Shown: piece by piece, positions 56,225 through 64,000 of the stretch
How the letters are laid out: the number at the start of each line of letters is the position of its first letter
Numbering within the stretch: the stretch's first letter is position 1
Assembly: GCA_050250895.1 (NCBI GenBank)
Contig: JBFWNU010000001.1
Coordinates: 3,172,891 to 3,236,890 of the forward strand
DNA: 64,000 nucleotides
Direction of reading: 5' to 3'
From: Vulcanimicrobiota bacterium
GTDB lineage: Bacteria > Vulcanimicrobiota > Xenobia > Xenobiales > JADMJV01
Program-made: the position numbers and the translations under genes
The notes under the pieces: model-generated
What the model saw: the letters and a program-made list of their open reading frames with translations, nothing else
Database searches by the model: none
Told to the model about the DNA's origin: nothing

Positions 56225-58552
56225 GTGTCCTCGCGTTCACCCTTGTTCTCGGACCTGACCGCCTCCTTTGTCCTTTTCCTGATCGCCATTCCGCTCAACC
56301 TGGGTATCGCCCTGGCCAGTGGTGCCACGGCCGTCCAGGGTCTGGCGGCCGGCGTCATCGGAGGGCTGGTGGTGGGACTTTTGGCCGGTTGTCCCTTGAT
56401 GGTCAGTGGCCCGGCCACCGGTCTTATCGCCATCGTCTGGCAGATCACCGATGAGCACGGCATGGTCATGTTGGGACCGGTGGTCCTGGCCGCGGGTCTG
56501 CTCCAGATCCTCATCGGCCTGGCCGGCCTTGGCCCCTGGTTTCGAGCGGTTGCTCCCGCCGTTATCCAGGGTATGCTGGCCGGCATCGGAATCCTCATCT
56601 TCGCCAGCCAGTTCCACGTCATGCTGGGCCAGCGCCCCGAGAAGGTGGGTCTGACCAACCTCTTGATGATTCCCGGAGCCCTTTACCACGGGCATTTCCA
56701 CCCGGCTTTGCTGGGAGCACTGACCATTCTCGTGATTCTTGTTTGGAATCGAATTCCCGGCCGAGCCAAGCTCATCCCCGGGGCGCTACCCGGAGTGGGC
56801 GCGGCCATCCTGGTGACGTGGGCGTCCGGCTTCAAAGTGGCGATGGTCGAAGTGCCGGTGGATCTGGCCTCCGAGTTTCGCCTGACCTCGCTCGAGCAGC
56901 TAAGGCATTTGAGCGACTTGCCGGTGCTCGAGTCCGTGCTGGCCCTGGCCTTCATCGCGACAGCCCAAACCCTGCTCACGGCCACCGCGGTGGATCGCCT
57001 TCACGACCGAGAGCGAACCAACTACAATCGCGAAGTGGTGGCCCAGGGAGTCGGCAATCTGCTGGCCGGCTGGCTGGGACTGCTGCCCCTATGCGGGGTG
57101 ATCGTCCGCAGTGCAGCCAATCTTCAGGCCGGCGCCGTCAGTCGGCGTGCCACTGTGCTGCAGGGGGTTTGGGTGGCCCTGTTCGCGTTCTGCCTGGCCC
57201 CGGCCCTGAGGTATATTCCGGTGGCCGCCCTGGCGGCTGTGCTCGTCTTGACCGGTATTCGTCTGGTCAATCTCGACGCGGTGCGGGAATTGTCGCAGTT
57301 TGGTCGGGGAGAGCTGGTCACCTATTGGGGCACTCTCGTCACGGTGGTGTCGGTCGACCTGCTCAGTGGCATCGCCGTAGGCTTCGCGCTTTCGGCTGTT
57401 CGTCTGGTTCATAATCTGACCAACTGCCAAACCCGGGTCTACAAGGACACAGATTCCGGGGCCACCGTGGTGGAAGTCAAGGGGAGCGCCACCTTCTTCA
57501 CTCTACCTGAATTGGCGCGCGTGCTCGAAGAGGTCCCACCCGGCCGCGAGGTGCACGTCTTCGTCAGCCATCTCTACTACATCGACCACGCCTGCCTCGA
57601 GCACATCATGACCTGGGAGGAACAGTACATCAGCCAGGGCGGCCAGGTCTTCATCGAGTGGGACCACCTCATCGGCCGTTTCAAGAAGCCGACCACCTCG
57701 ACCAACGATGTTCTCGAACAGGTAAGCCGGGCGACGGCCTACGAGACCCTGGTGGCCCAAGCTCCTGTGCTCGACCGAGAGAGCTACTCTTCGCACCAGG
57801 AGCTAGTCGACGAGATCTGCCAACTGATGCAACGGCGTCAACCCAGAGTCAAGCCCGCCAGGCTGGCTACGCGCCTGATTTACGAGCTACAGCTCGGCGG
57901 TTCACCCTTCGTGGCCGGCTCTGGACTGCCCAATCTACGGGTGAATGAACTGCAGCGCCAGCACCTGATCCTGGTGAGGGTGCGTCGCGGAATCACGTTC
58001 ATCCACCCGGTCAGTGGCCAGGGGCACACGGCCTTCTGCCTGCTGTTTCTGTTTAGTCCTGAAGAGGCGGCGGGCGAGCATATTCGCACCCTGGCCTCGC
58101 TCATCTCGCGAGCCGAAGAGGATTGCTTGACCGAATGGCTCGAGGCCCGAAGCGACGAGGAGCTGCGTCAGACTTTCCTCAAGCACCGTCGTTTCGTGTC
58201 GGTGGTCTTAAAGAGTCAGGCTGCCACGGCGGTCCTCCTGGACCGCGCCGTCTGGCAGGTGGCCGAGTTGCTGCCCCCCAGCGCTCTCATCGCCCTGGTC
58301 GAACGCGAGGGGGAAAGTCTGGTGCCCAAAGGCAAAACGATCCTGCGCGAGGGCGATCGGTTGATAATCTTCGGCGAGGACCACGACATCGACTTGCTCT
58401 TCCGCCGCTACGTCAACAACGAGCCCTCGCTGCGCTCACCTCGAGGTTTTGGGATAGTCGACGCTTCGCGTCGTAAATCTGGGGCGGCTTCGCCTCAAGG
58501 TGGCCCGGCGAGGCCCGGTCAAGGCCGGGAAAAGAAAGAGGAGTGGCCGTAG
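56225..58552 (+). CDS. SulP/SLC26 anion transporter with STAS-like, PTS-IIA-like and RCK_C domains; C-terminus derived from a repeat
   Basis: AIPLNLGIALASG, VSGPATGL, REVVAQGVGN, GVIVRSAAN; PKGKTILREGDRL (RCK_C). Confidence 0.85.
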   Translation: MSSRSPLFSDLTASFVLFLIAIPLNLGIALASGATAVQGLAAGVIGGLVVGLLAGCPLMVSGPATGLIAIVWQITDEHGMVMLGPVVLAAGLLQILIGLAGLGPWFRAVAPAVIQGMLAGIGILIFASQFHVMLGQRPEKVGLTNLLMIPGALYHGHFHPALLGALTILVILVWNRIPGRAKLIPGALPGVGAAILVTWASGFKVAMVEVPVDLASEFRLTSLEQLRHLSDLPVLESVLALAFIATAQTLLTATAVDRLHDRERTNYNREVVAQGVGNLLAGWLGLLPLCGVIVRSAANLQAGAVSRRATVLQGVWVALFAFCLAPALRYIPVAALAAVLVLTGIRLVNLDAVRELSQFGRGELVTYWGTLVTVVSVDLLSGIAVGFALSAVRLVHNLTNCQTRVYKDTDSGATVVEVKGSATFFTLPELARVLEEVPPGREVHVFVSHLYYIDHACLEHIMTWEEQYISQGGQVFIEWDHLIGRFKKPTTSTNDVLEQVSRATAYETLVAQAPVLDRESYSSHQELVDEICQLMQRRQPRVKPARLATRLIYELQLGGSPFVAGSGLPNLRVNELQRQHLILVRVRRGITFIHPVSGQGHTAFCLLFLFSPEEAAGEHIRTLASLISRAEEDCLTEWLEARSDEELRQTFLKHRRFVSVVLKSQAATAVLLDRAVWQVAELLPPSALIALVEREGESLVPKGKTILREGDRLIIFGEDHDIDLLFRRYVNNEPSLRSPRGFGIVDASRRKSGAASPQGGPARPGQGREKKEEWP

Positions 58553-58558
58553 CCACTC
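58433..58558. repeat. Internally deleted third copy of the ~270-bp element
   Basis: cgctcacctcgagg...ggcttcgcc identical to the start of 45974; ends at the gagtggccgtagccactc hairpin. Confidence 0.9.
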
Positions 58559-58872
58559 GTGCCGAGGAACTGCATCACGCCGGTGGTCGAGACCGAGGCG
58601 ATGGCGGGGCCGAGGCCACCACCGATGGCGGTTCCGAGGATAGCGCCGCCGACGACCCCGGCGTAACCGCCCGCGATGGCGGTGACGATACCGGTGCCGC
58701 CACCGACGGCCAGGCTCATGTCGTTGCCGACACCGACCATTCCGGCGCCAATTTCGCGCCTGGCTCGGCTGACGAAGGAATCGGGCGGGGGAGCCGGCTC
58801 ACCACCTTCCGCTGGCGTGCCGGCCGAGCGAGACCCACCTACTCGCGGGTTCGCGTGGTTAATGACTTTCTC
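58519..58872 (-). pseudogene. Truncated paralog of glycine-zipper gene C
   Basis: 58559-58749 matches 47852-48042 at 189/191 nt; the ATG-equivalent codon reads GAG; reading frame runs into the repeat. Confidence 0.8.
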
Positions 58873-58986
58873 GGGCTTCCTGCTCTCCTACAGCGTCCAC
58901 CTTAGGGAGCCTGGCTTAAAGAAGCTTGAAAGAAGTTGGGTCGATCGACCCTGTGGATGTCGGTCACGGCAGCCTATTCTGGAGTT

Positions 58987-59733
58987 ATGACCCCGCTAGA
59001 AAAGATGGTGACCCTGTCTATCCTGTGGCTGTGCCTGGCTGAGGCTGGTTCGCTGGTCGGCGGACTAAAGGGCAAAAGGCTGGGCCGCAACCTGGGTTTC
59101 GGCGCCGCCGCCCTGGGGGTGGGAGTGGCTTTGCGTCACCTGCACGAGTGGATGGCCGGGCTGGCTCTGTTCCACTGGGGCAATCGTTGGCTTGAAACCC
59201 TGGCCTGTGTGCTGGTGGCCGAGCTGTTTGGCTGGACCTGTCACTACGTCAAGCACGTCCATCCCTGGCTGTGGAAGTTTCATTTCCAGCATCACCGCGA
59301 AGAGGAGTACAACCTCTGGCTGACCACCCATACTCACGCTCTCGAGGTGCTCGTCTCGGGCACGGTGATGGCCGCCTTGTTGGCGGTGTGCGGTTTCTCC
59401 AACCAGGTGGTGGGCATTTACCTTCTCTATTACAGCCTGGTCAAGTTCTTCCAACACTCCAGCCGCGACTACCGGCTCGGCCCCCTGGGCTATCTGGTGA
59501 TCACGCCCGCCTACCATCGATGGCACCACGAGATCGAGAGCCGGTGCAATTATGGCGTGACCCTGACGATCTTTGACGTGTTGTTCGGCACGGTGCGCTG
59601 GCCCGACCAGGTCAAGCCCGAGCGCTATGGCGTCAAGGGCGAGCTACCCTATGGCTTCTGGGCCGAGCATCTCTGGTTCTTGCGAAGGCCTACCAGCGCT
59701 TCGGAGGGTCTTCGCCAGCGGCAACCTTCATGA
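58987..59733 (+). CDS. Sterol desaturase / fatty acid hydroxylase family
   Basis: His boxes HYVKH, HFQHH, FQHS and YHRWHH; NYG..IFDVLFGT. Confidence 0.88.
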   Translation: MTPLEKMVTLSILWLCLAEAGSLVGGLKGKRLGRNLGFGAAALGVGVALRHLHEWMAGLALFHWGNRWLETLACVLVAELFGWTCHYVKHVHPWLWKFHFQHHREEEYNLWLTTHTHALEVLVSGTVMAALLAVCGFSNQVVGIYLLYYSLVKFFQHSSRDYRLGPLGYLVITPAYHRWHHEIESRCNYGVTLTIFDVLFGTVRWPDQVKPERYGVKGELPYGFWAEHLWFLRRPTSASEGLRQRQPS

Positions 59734-60709
59734 GGATTCCGGCCGCCACCCCGGCTCCCAATCCCGTCAAGGCACCGGCGCCCAGCCCGATGGCCGCCCC
59801 CCGGGCCGGGGTCAACCAGTGACTGTTCTCGACCGTGTTGGTTGCTTCGAAGCGACCGGAGAAGACCGAGCGCACGATTTGCTGGCCACTACCAGCGAAG
59901 GGGGTCGGGCCGAAGCGGTCGCCCACCTCGTGATAGTAGATCTTGTGACCGGGATGGAACAGGTCGTTGGGGATGCTCGACTTCTGCGATACGCGCGGGA
60001 TATAGCCGAGTAGTTCGTTCTGATAGACGGGCCTCTGAATCACCTGGTCGAGCACCACATTGTGGTTCTGGGCGACGGTGCCGGCCCACAGACCGGCTAG
60101 CGCTCCGACGCCGGCCCCGACTCCCGCCCCGATCCAGGGGGCGCGGTCGGCCTGGCGAGCCTGGTTCTTCTTCTCTTCGGTGGTGGGCACCTTAGGGGCG
60201 TCCCAGGGGTCGCCGATGTCGTCGGTGACGATGTTGGTCAAACTGGCCACGGCCGCCCCCACCAGGGCACCCACGCCCAGGCCGACGGCCGTGCCCAGTA
60301 AGGGGCCGAAGGCTGCCGTATGCTTGAGAACCTGCTTCTCTTCGAACTGACCGGTCCCGCGGTGGCTGAGGATGGGATCCCAGTCGGCCGGGTCGTGGTG
60401 CCACTGGGTCTGCATGTTGCCGTCAGCGTCGGTGTAGTAGGTGACGTAGTCGTTGGAAGGGTCGTAGTCGGCTCCCACCAGCGTCGGGCGGGTCAGTTCG
60501 ACCCGCGAAGTCTCGATGGTGACCTGGTCGTTGGCCAGGTTGCTCAAGCCCCAGGCGAAGCCGGCGGCACCGCCCAGGACGGCTCCCACTCCAGCTCCTA
60601 CCAGCGGCTTGCTGAGCCCCTCGCGTCGGGCCTTGTTGACGAACGAGTCGCGAGGCTTGTAGTCGTTGCTTGTTCCTATATGTTTGTGGATGAACGAAGT
60701 CAGGCTCAT
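59690..60709 (-). CDS. Glycine-zipper protein, paralog of gene B
   Basis: Same four-segment layout; FIHKHIG vs FVTKHIAG; LGYIPR vs IGQVPQ; GLGAGVAAGIL vs GLGAGVATGVL. Confidence 0.85.
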   Translation of the reverse strand: MSLTSFIHKHIGTSNDYKPRDSFVNKARREGLSKPLVGAGVGAVLGGAAGFAWGLSNLANDQVTIETSRVELTRPTLVGADYDPSNDYVTYYTDADGNMQTQWHHDPADWDPILSHRGTGQFEEKQVLKHTAAFGPLLGTAVGLGVGALVGAAVASLTNIVTDDIGDPWDAPKVPTTEEKKNQARQADRAPWIGAGVGAGVGALAGLWAGTVAQNHNVVLDQVIQRPVYQNELLGYIPRVSQKSSIPNDLFHPGHKIYYHEVGDRFGPTPFAGSGQQIVRSVFSGRFEATNTVENSHWLTPARGAAIGLGAGALTGLGAGVAAGILMKVAAGEDPPKRW

Positions 60710-60771
60710 GCCCGCATCCTCACCTATTGGGGGCGAACAGTTGTTACACCGGGGTCAAAATCCGACCAGGG

Positions 60772-60950
60772 AGCGGCAGTCGGCCTCTGGCCGACATCTC
60801 CGCGCAGCGGCTTCCTGTCGACGCGGCGAGCGTCGAATCTCCGGGCGAAGCCCACGGCTCCTTTTCCCGTCGACGAAGTCGGCGCTCCCCGTCGGCCGCA
60901 GGCCGAAGTCTCAGCCGCAGGCTGCTCCCTGTCGACGCGATAGCGTCGAG
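60772..60950 (-). repeat. GGGAGC-hairpin mosaic element, inverted
   Basis: String of short hairpins; reverse complement matches 21801-21857. Confidence 0.7.
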
Positions 60951-60951
60951 C

Positions 60952-61332
60952 TCAGCGTTTCTTCTTCTTCGGCGGCTTGGGTGGCCCGAACAGGTTCTCG
61001 AGCATGGCTCGCTCGTCTTCGGCGCTGGCCTCGAGGTCGTCGAGCAAGCCGGCCATGGCCGAGCGTTGGCGAGTGGCCTCGGCCCGTTCGGCGGCGAAAA
61101 GATCGGGCGGTGGGGGCTCGAGGTCGGGGTTTTCGGGAGGCAGTTCGAGCAGGCTCTCGAGGTGGTCGCGCTGGGCGCTCAGGTTCGAGCCGGCGTCGCC
61201 GAGGGCGCCGAGCAGGGCGGCCTCTTTTTCGCGCTGGTCCTTGAGCGCCTCGTTGATCCAGTCTTCGGTGCCCGACTTCTTGAGTTGGCGCCGGCTGGGC
61301 GGGTTGCCGTAGGGATCGCGTTTCTTGGCCAT
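60952..61332 (-). CDS. Hypothetical charged protein (126 aa)
   Basis: GGAGG RBS before MAKKRDPYG; basic C-terminus PPKKKKR. Confidence 0.7.
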   Translation of the reverse strand: MAKKRDPYGNPPSRRQLKKSGTEDWINEALKDQREKEAALLGALGDAGSNLSAQRDHLESLLELPPENPDLEPPPPDLFAAERAEATRQRSAMAGLLDDLEASAEDERAMLENLFGPPKPPKKKKR

Positions 61333-61429
61333 AATGCCTCCCTCTACTTCTACTCTTGCAGAGTTAGGCACTCGGTCGCCCGGGGCCTGCATGAGGGGGA
61401 GGCCCCCGGCCCGGCACGAACCTGGCTGC

Positions 61430-63667
61430 ATGTCATGGTTAATCTGCCTGTTGGCGCTGGGTTGGTGGTGGTGGAAATCGTTGCTGCCGCCCTGGGAGGG
61501 CGAACTGAAAGTAGCCGGCCTGACCGAGCCGGTCGAGATCGTGCGCGATGCCTTCGGCGTGCCTCACATCCGAGCCACCTCGATTGCTGACGCAGTTCTG
61601 GCCCAAGGTTTCGTGCACGCCCAGGACCGCCTCTGGCAGATGGAGCTCAACCGTCTGGTGGGAGCGGGTCGGATGTCCGAGTTATTCGGTCGGCGGGCGC
61701 TGGCGGTGGACCGGTTCCAACGCCGGTTCGGTGCGGCTCGTGCTGCTCGCACCGACCTGGGCGTGCTTTCGGATGAAGAACAGGCGGTGCTGGAGGCCTA
61801 TTGCGCCGGGGTCAACGCGGCCATCGCCGAGCGAGGATGGAAGCTGCCGCTCGAGTTCTGGCTGAGCTGGCACAAGCCGGCCCCCTGGCAGCCCATCGAC
61901 TGCCTCACCTGGATCTATGTGATGGCCTCGGACCTTTGCTCGAACTGGGAACAAGAGCTGCTCCGCGGGCGGCTGCTGGCTGCGGTGGGGGCGGAGCGGG
62001 CCTGGGAACTTCACCTTATAGAGCAAGAGGCCGTGACCACCTTGCCACCGGGCGGCAGAGTCACTCTGTACGAGGGTTTGGCCGATCTCTATCGCGAGGC
62101 TCGCCTGTATATGCCCAACGGAGGCCTGCCCGGGGGCAGCAACGCCTGGGTGGTGGCCGGGCGCAAGAGCCAGAGCGGCAGTCCGCTGGTGGCCAGCGAC
62201 CCCCATCTGGTCGGGCGCTTGCCTTCGGTGTGGCACGAGGCTCACCTCGAGGCTCCCGGGCTCAAGGTCTTCGGCGCCAGTCTGCCGGGAGTGCCGCTGG
62301 TGATCGTCGGCCACAACGACCAGGTGGCCTGGGGAGTAACCAACTCCTTCGCCGATGTCGAGGACCTCTATCTCGAAGAGCTGGATGGCGACCGCTATCG
62401 CATCGGTTCGAGCTGGCTCGATTGCGGAGTGGTCGAGGAAGTGATCAAAGTGCGCGGCGGTCCATCTCGGATAGAGCGGGTGACCCTGACCCGTCACGGT
62501 CCCCTGCTCTATCGTGAGGGCGATCAGGGGCTGGCCCTGCGCTGGGTGGCTTACGACTCTGCTCACCCCATTGCCACTTTGTTGGCCATGAATCGAGCGC
62601 CCAATGCCGAGGCGTTCTACCAGGCCCTGAAAGGGTGGCACGCCCCCTCGCTCAACGTGGTCTTTGGCGACCGCAGCGGCACCATCGGGTACTCGATGGT
62701 GGGCACCGTTCCCGTGCGGGCCAGGGGCACGGGACTGGCTCCGGTGCCCGGTGGCGACGGCGAGTATGAATGGGTAGGAACGATTCCGTTCGAAGAGCTG
62801 CCCCACGCTTTCAATCCCGAGACGGGTTATCTCGTCACCGCCAACAACCCGGTGCTCAGTCGCCACGGTCATCACTTGAGTTGGGACTTTATGGGGTCAT
62901 CGCGGGCGGGTCGTATCGAAGAGCTGTTGCTGGCCAAAGAGCGGCTCGACGCCGCGGACTTTGCGGCCATCCAGACCGATACCGTCTCGCTTCATGCCCG
63001 CCGCTTTGCGGCCGCGCTCCCCCGGTTCGAGACCTCTCACGGCGAGGCCCTCGAGCTGCTCCAGGGATGGGACGGCGACTGCCGCGCCGACAGCCGGGCG
63101 GCTGCTCTTTATCAAGTCTGGCTGCTCAGGCTGATGGACGCCTTGTTGGGCGAGCTTGACCCCAAGTTGCGTCGCGATCTGCTGGGTGCTTCCGAGAACC
63201 CGCTGAGTGTCATGGCCGGCCACACCGGACGCTACACCGGCTGGGTGGTCGACCTGCTCGAACGAGGACGGGTCGAGCCTCGCGTGTTGCAAGAGAGCCT
63301 CGATCAGGCGATGGCCGAGTTGGGCACCGTTCCTACCTGGGGCAGCCTGCACCGTTTGTGCTTTCGGCATGCCTTCAATCTGACTTTTCTCAACGGCCCC
63401 GAGGTGGGTATCGGCGGCGATACCGACACTCCCATGCAGAGCGCGGTGACCCCGATGAAGCCGTACCACGCCCAGAGCTGGTGTCCATCCTGGCGGCAGG
63501 TGGTGGATCTGGCCGACCCCTGGGCCGGACGCTCGGTCCTTCCCACCGGTCAGAGCGGCCATCGCGGCAGCCCTCACTACCTCGACCAATTTCCGCTCTG
63601 GCTCGAGGGTCGCCTGCGGCCTCACCCCAAGGGGGATGGCAAACGGCTGCGTCTGTCCAACCGTTGA
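61430..63667 (+). CDS. Penicillin acylase family Ntn hydrolase (peptidase S45)
   Basis: RDAFGVPHI, QGFVHAQDRLWQM, GSNAW nucleophile, ASDPHL, TANN and GQSGH..HYLDQ. Confidence 0.92.
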   Translation: MSWLICLLALGWWWWKSLLPPWEGELKVAGLTEPVEIVRDAFGVPHIRATSIADAVLAQGFVHAQDRLWQMELNRLVGAGRMSELFGRRALAVDRFQRRFGAARAARTDLGVLSDEEQAVLEAYCAGVNAAIAERGWKLPLEFWLSWHKPAPWQPIDCLTWIYVMASDLCSNWEQELLRGRLLAAVGAERAWELHLIEQEAVTTLPPGGRVTLYEGLADLYREARLYMPNGGLPGGSNAWVVAGRKSQSGSPLVASDPHLVGRLPSVWHEAHLEAPGLKVFGASLPGVPLVIVGHNDQVAWGVTNSFADVEDLYLEELDGDRYRIGSSWLDCGVVEEVIKVRGGPSRIERVTLTRHGPLLYREGDQGLALRWVAYDSAHPIATLLAMNRAPNAEAFYQALKGWHAPSLNVVFGDRSGTIGYSMVGTVPVRARGTGLAPVPGGDGEYEWVGTIPFEELPHAFNPETGYLVTANNPVLSRHGHHLSWDFMGSSRAGRIEELLLAKERLDAADFAAIQTDTVSLHARRFAAALPRFETSHGEALELLQGWDGDCRADSRAAALYQVWLLRLMDALLGELDPKLRRDLLGASENPLSVMAGHTGRYTGWVVDLLERGRVEPRVLQESLDQAMAELGTVPTWGSLHRLCFRHAFNLTFLNGPEVGIGGDTDTPMQSAVTPMKPYHAQSWCPSWRQVVDLADPWAGRSVLPTGQSGHRGSPHYLDQFPLWLEGRLRPHPKGDGKRLRLSNR

Positions 63668-63748
63668 CATTTCGTCAAAGGCCCGGTCATGTCGCTGCTC
63701 TAGACTGGCCGGGTCCAGCGTGCTCTCGTTCCCGAGAGGAAGATAAGC

Positions 63749-64000
63749 ATGATTCACCTTCATCCCCAGATCCGTGGTCGTCTCAGCGTCGTGGCCGAAG
63801 GCAAGGTCGGCAGTCCTGATCTGTCGGGCGACGGTCGTTCGGTCGTTTTCAACGAGTATGTCAACGGCAACGAAGACGTCCGCCTGAGTCGCGACGGCCA
63901 GGTCAGCGAACTCAGCAGCGACCCCCGGGCCGAGATTCATCCCTCGGTTTCTCGCGATGGCTCGACGGTCGTCTGGAATCGCTTCAGCTCGACCGATTTC
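63749..64000 (+). CDS. TolB-like/PD40 repeat protein (3' end outside window), no signal peptide
   Basis: GAGGAAG RBS; PDLSGDGRSVVF and PSVSRDGSTVVW repeats. Confidence 0.7.
   Translation, partial: MIHLHPQIRGRLSVVAEGKVGSPDLSGDGRSVVFNEYVNGNEDVRLSRDGQVSELSSDPRAEIHPSVSRDGSTVVWNRFSSTDF

Noticed and set aside
47852-58749. Diversity-generating retroelement TR/VR pair
   Set aside because: Only two differences, both synonymous and not both at adenines; the copy matches the gene's 5' region; no reverse transcriptase in the window.

Overview
High-GC bacterial chromosomal window with about 50 protein genes, two tRNAs, and no rRNA, CRISPR array, transposase or integrase. The gene style suggests a poorly characterised lineage such as Ca. 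Eremiobacterota/Vulcanimicrobiota, but this is inference only. Recognisable content: UDP-glucuronate decarboxylase (partial), PQQ/sorbosone dehydrogenase, GT2, a DUF4178-spermidine synthase-FAD oxidoreductase cluster, 3-hydroxybutyrate dehydrogenase plus permease, GDPD, an Fe3+-class ABC transporter, clostripain, a PilC-like protein, a kinase-TPR-WD40 protein, BtpA, GH16, SulP and a penicillin acylase. The strongest candidate for an undescribed system is a three-gene operon of glycine-zipper membrane proteins (46573-50842). Two of them carry long coiled coils ending in a conserved Cys. A second, partial locus (58433-60709) holds a paralog and a near-identical truncated fragment fused to a repeat element. 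These proteins and several hydrolases lack Sec/Tat signals but share an N-terminal M-[RKQ]-[ILV]...Pro/Ala-rich...D-[TKS]-[FV] pattern reminiscent of type III/flagellar export signals. Other oddities: a modular GGGAGC-hairpin repeat family, a promoter- and terminator-bounded sRNA candidate, a tRNA-Pro with A37, a cytidine deaminase with both Zn-binding Cys changed to Ser, a TPR protein with an embedded FlgG-like segment, probable ACG/ATT starts, and an Asn/Gly-rich prion-like protein. All family calls come from motif recognition by eye, not from database searches.
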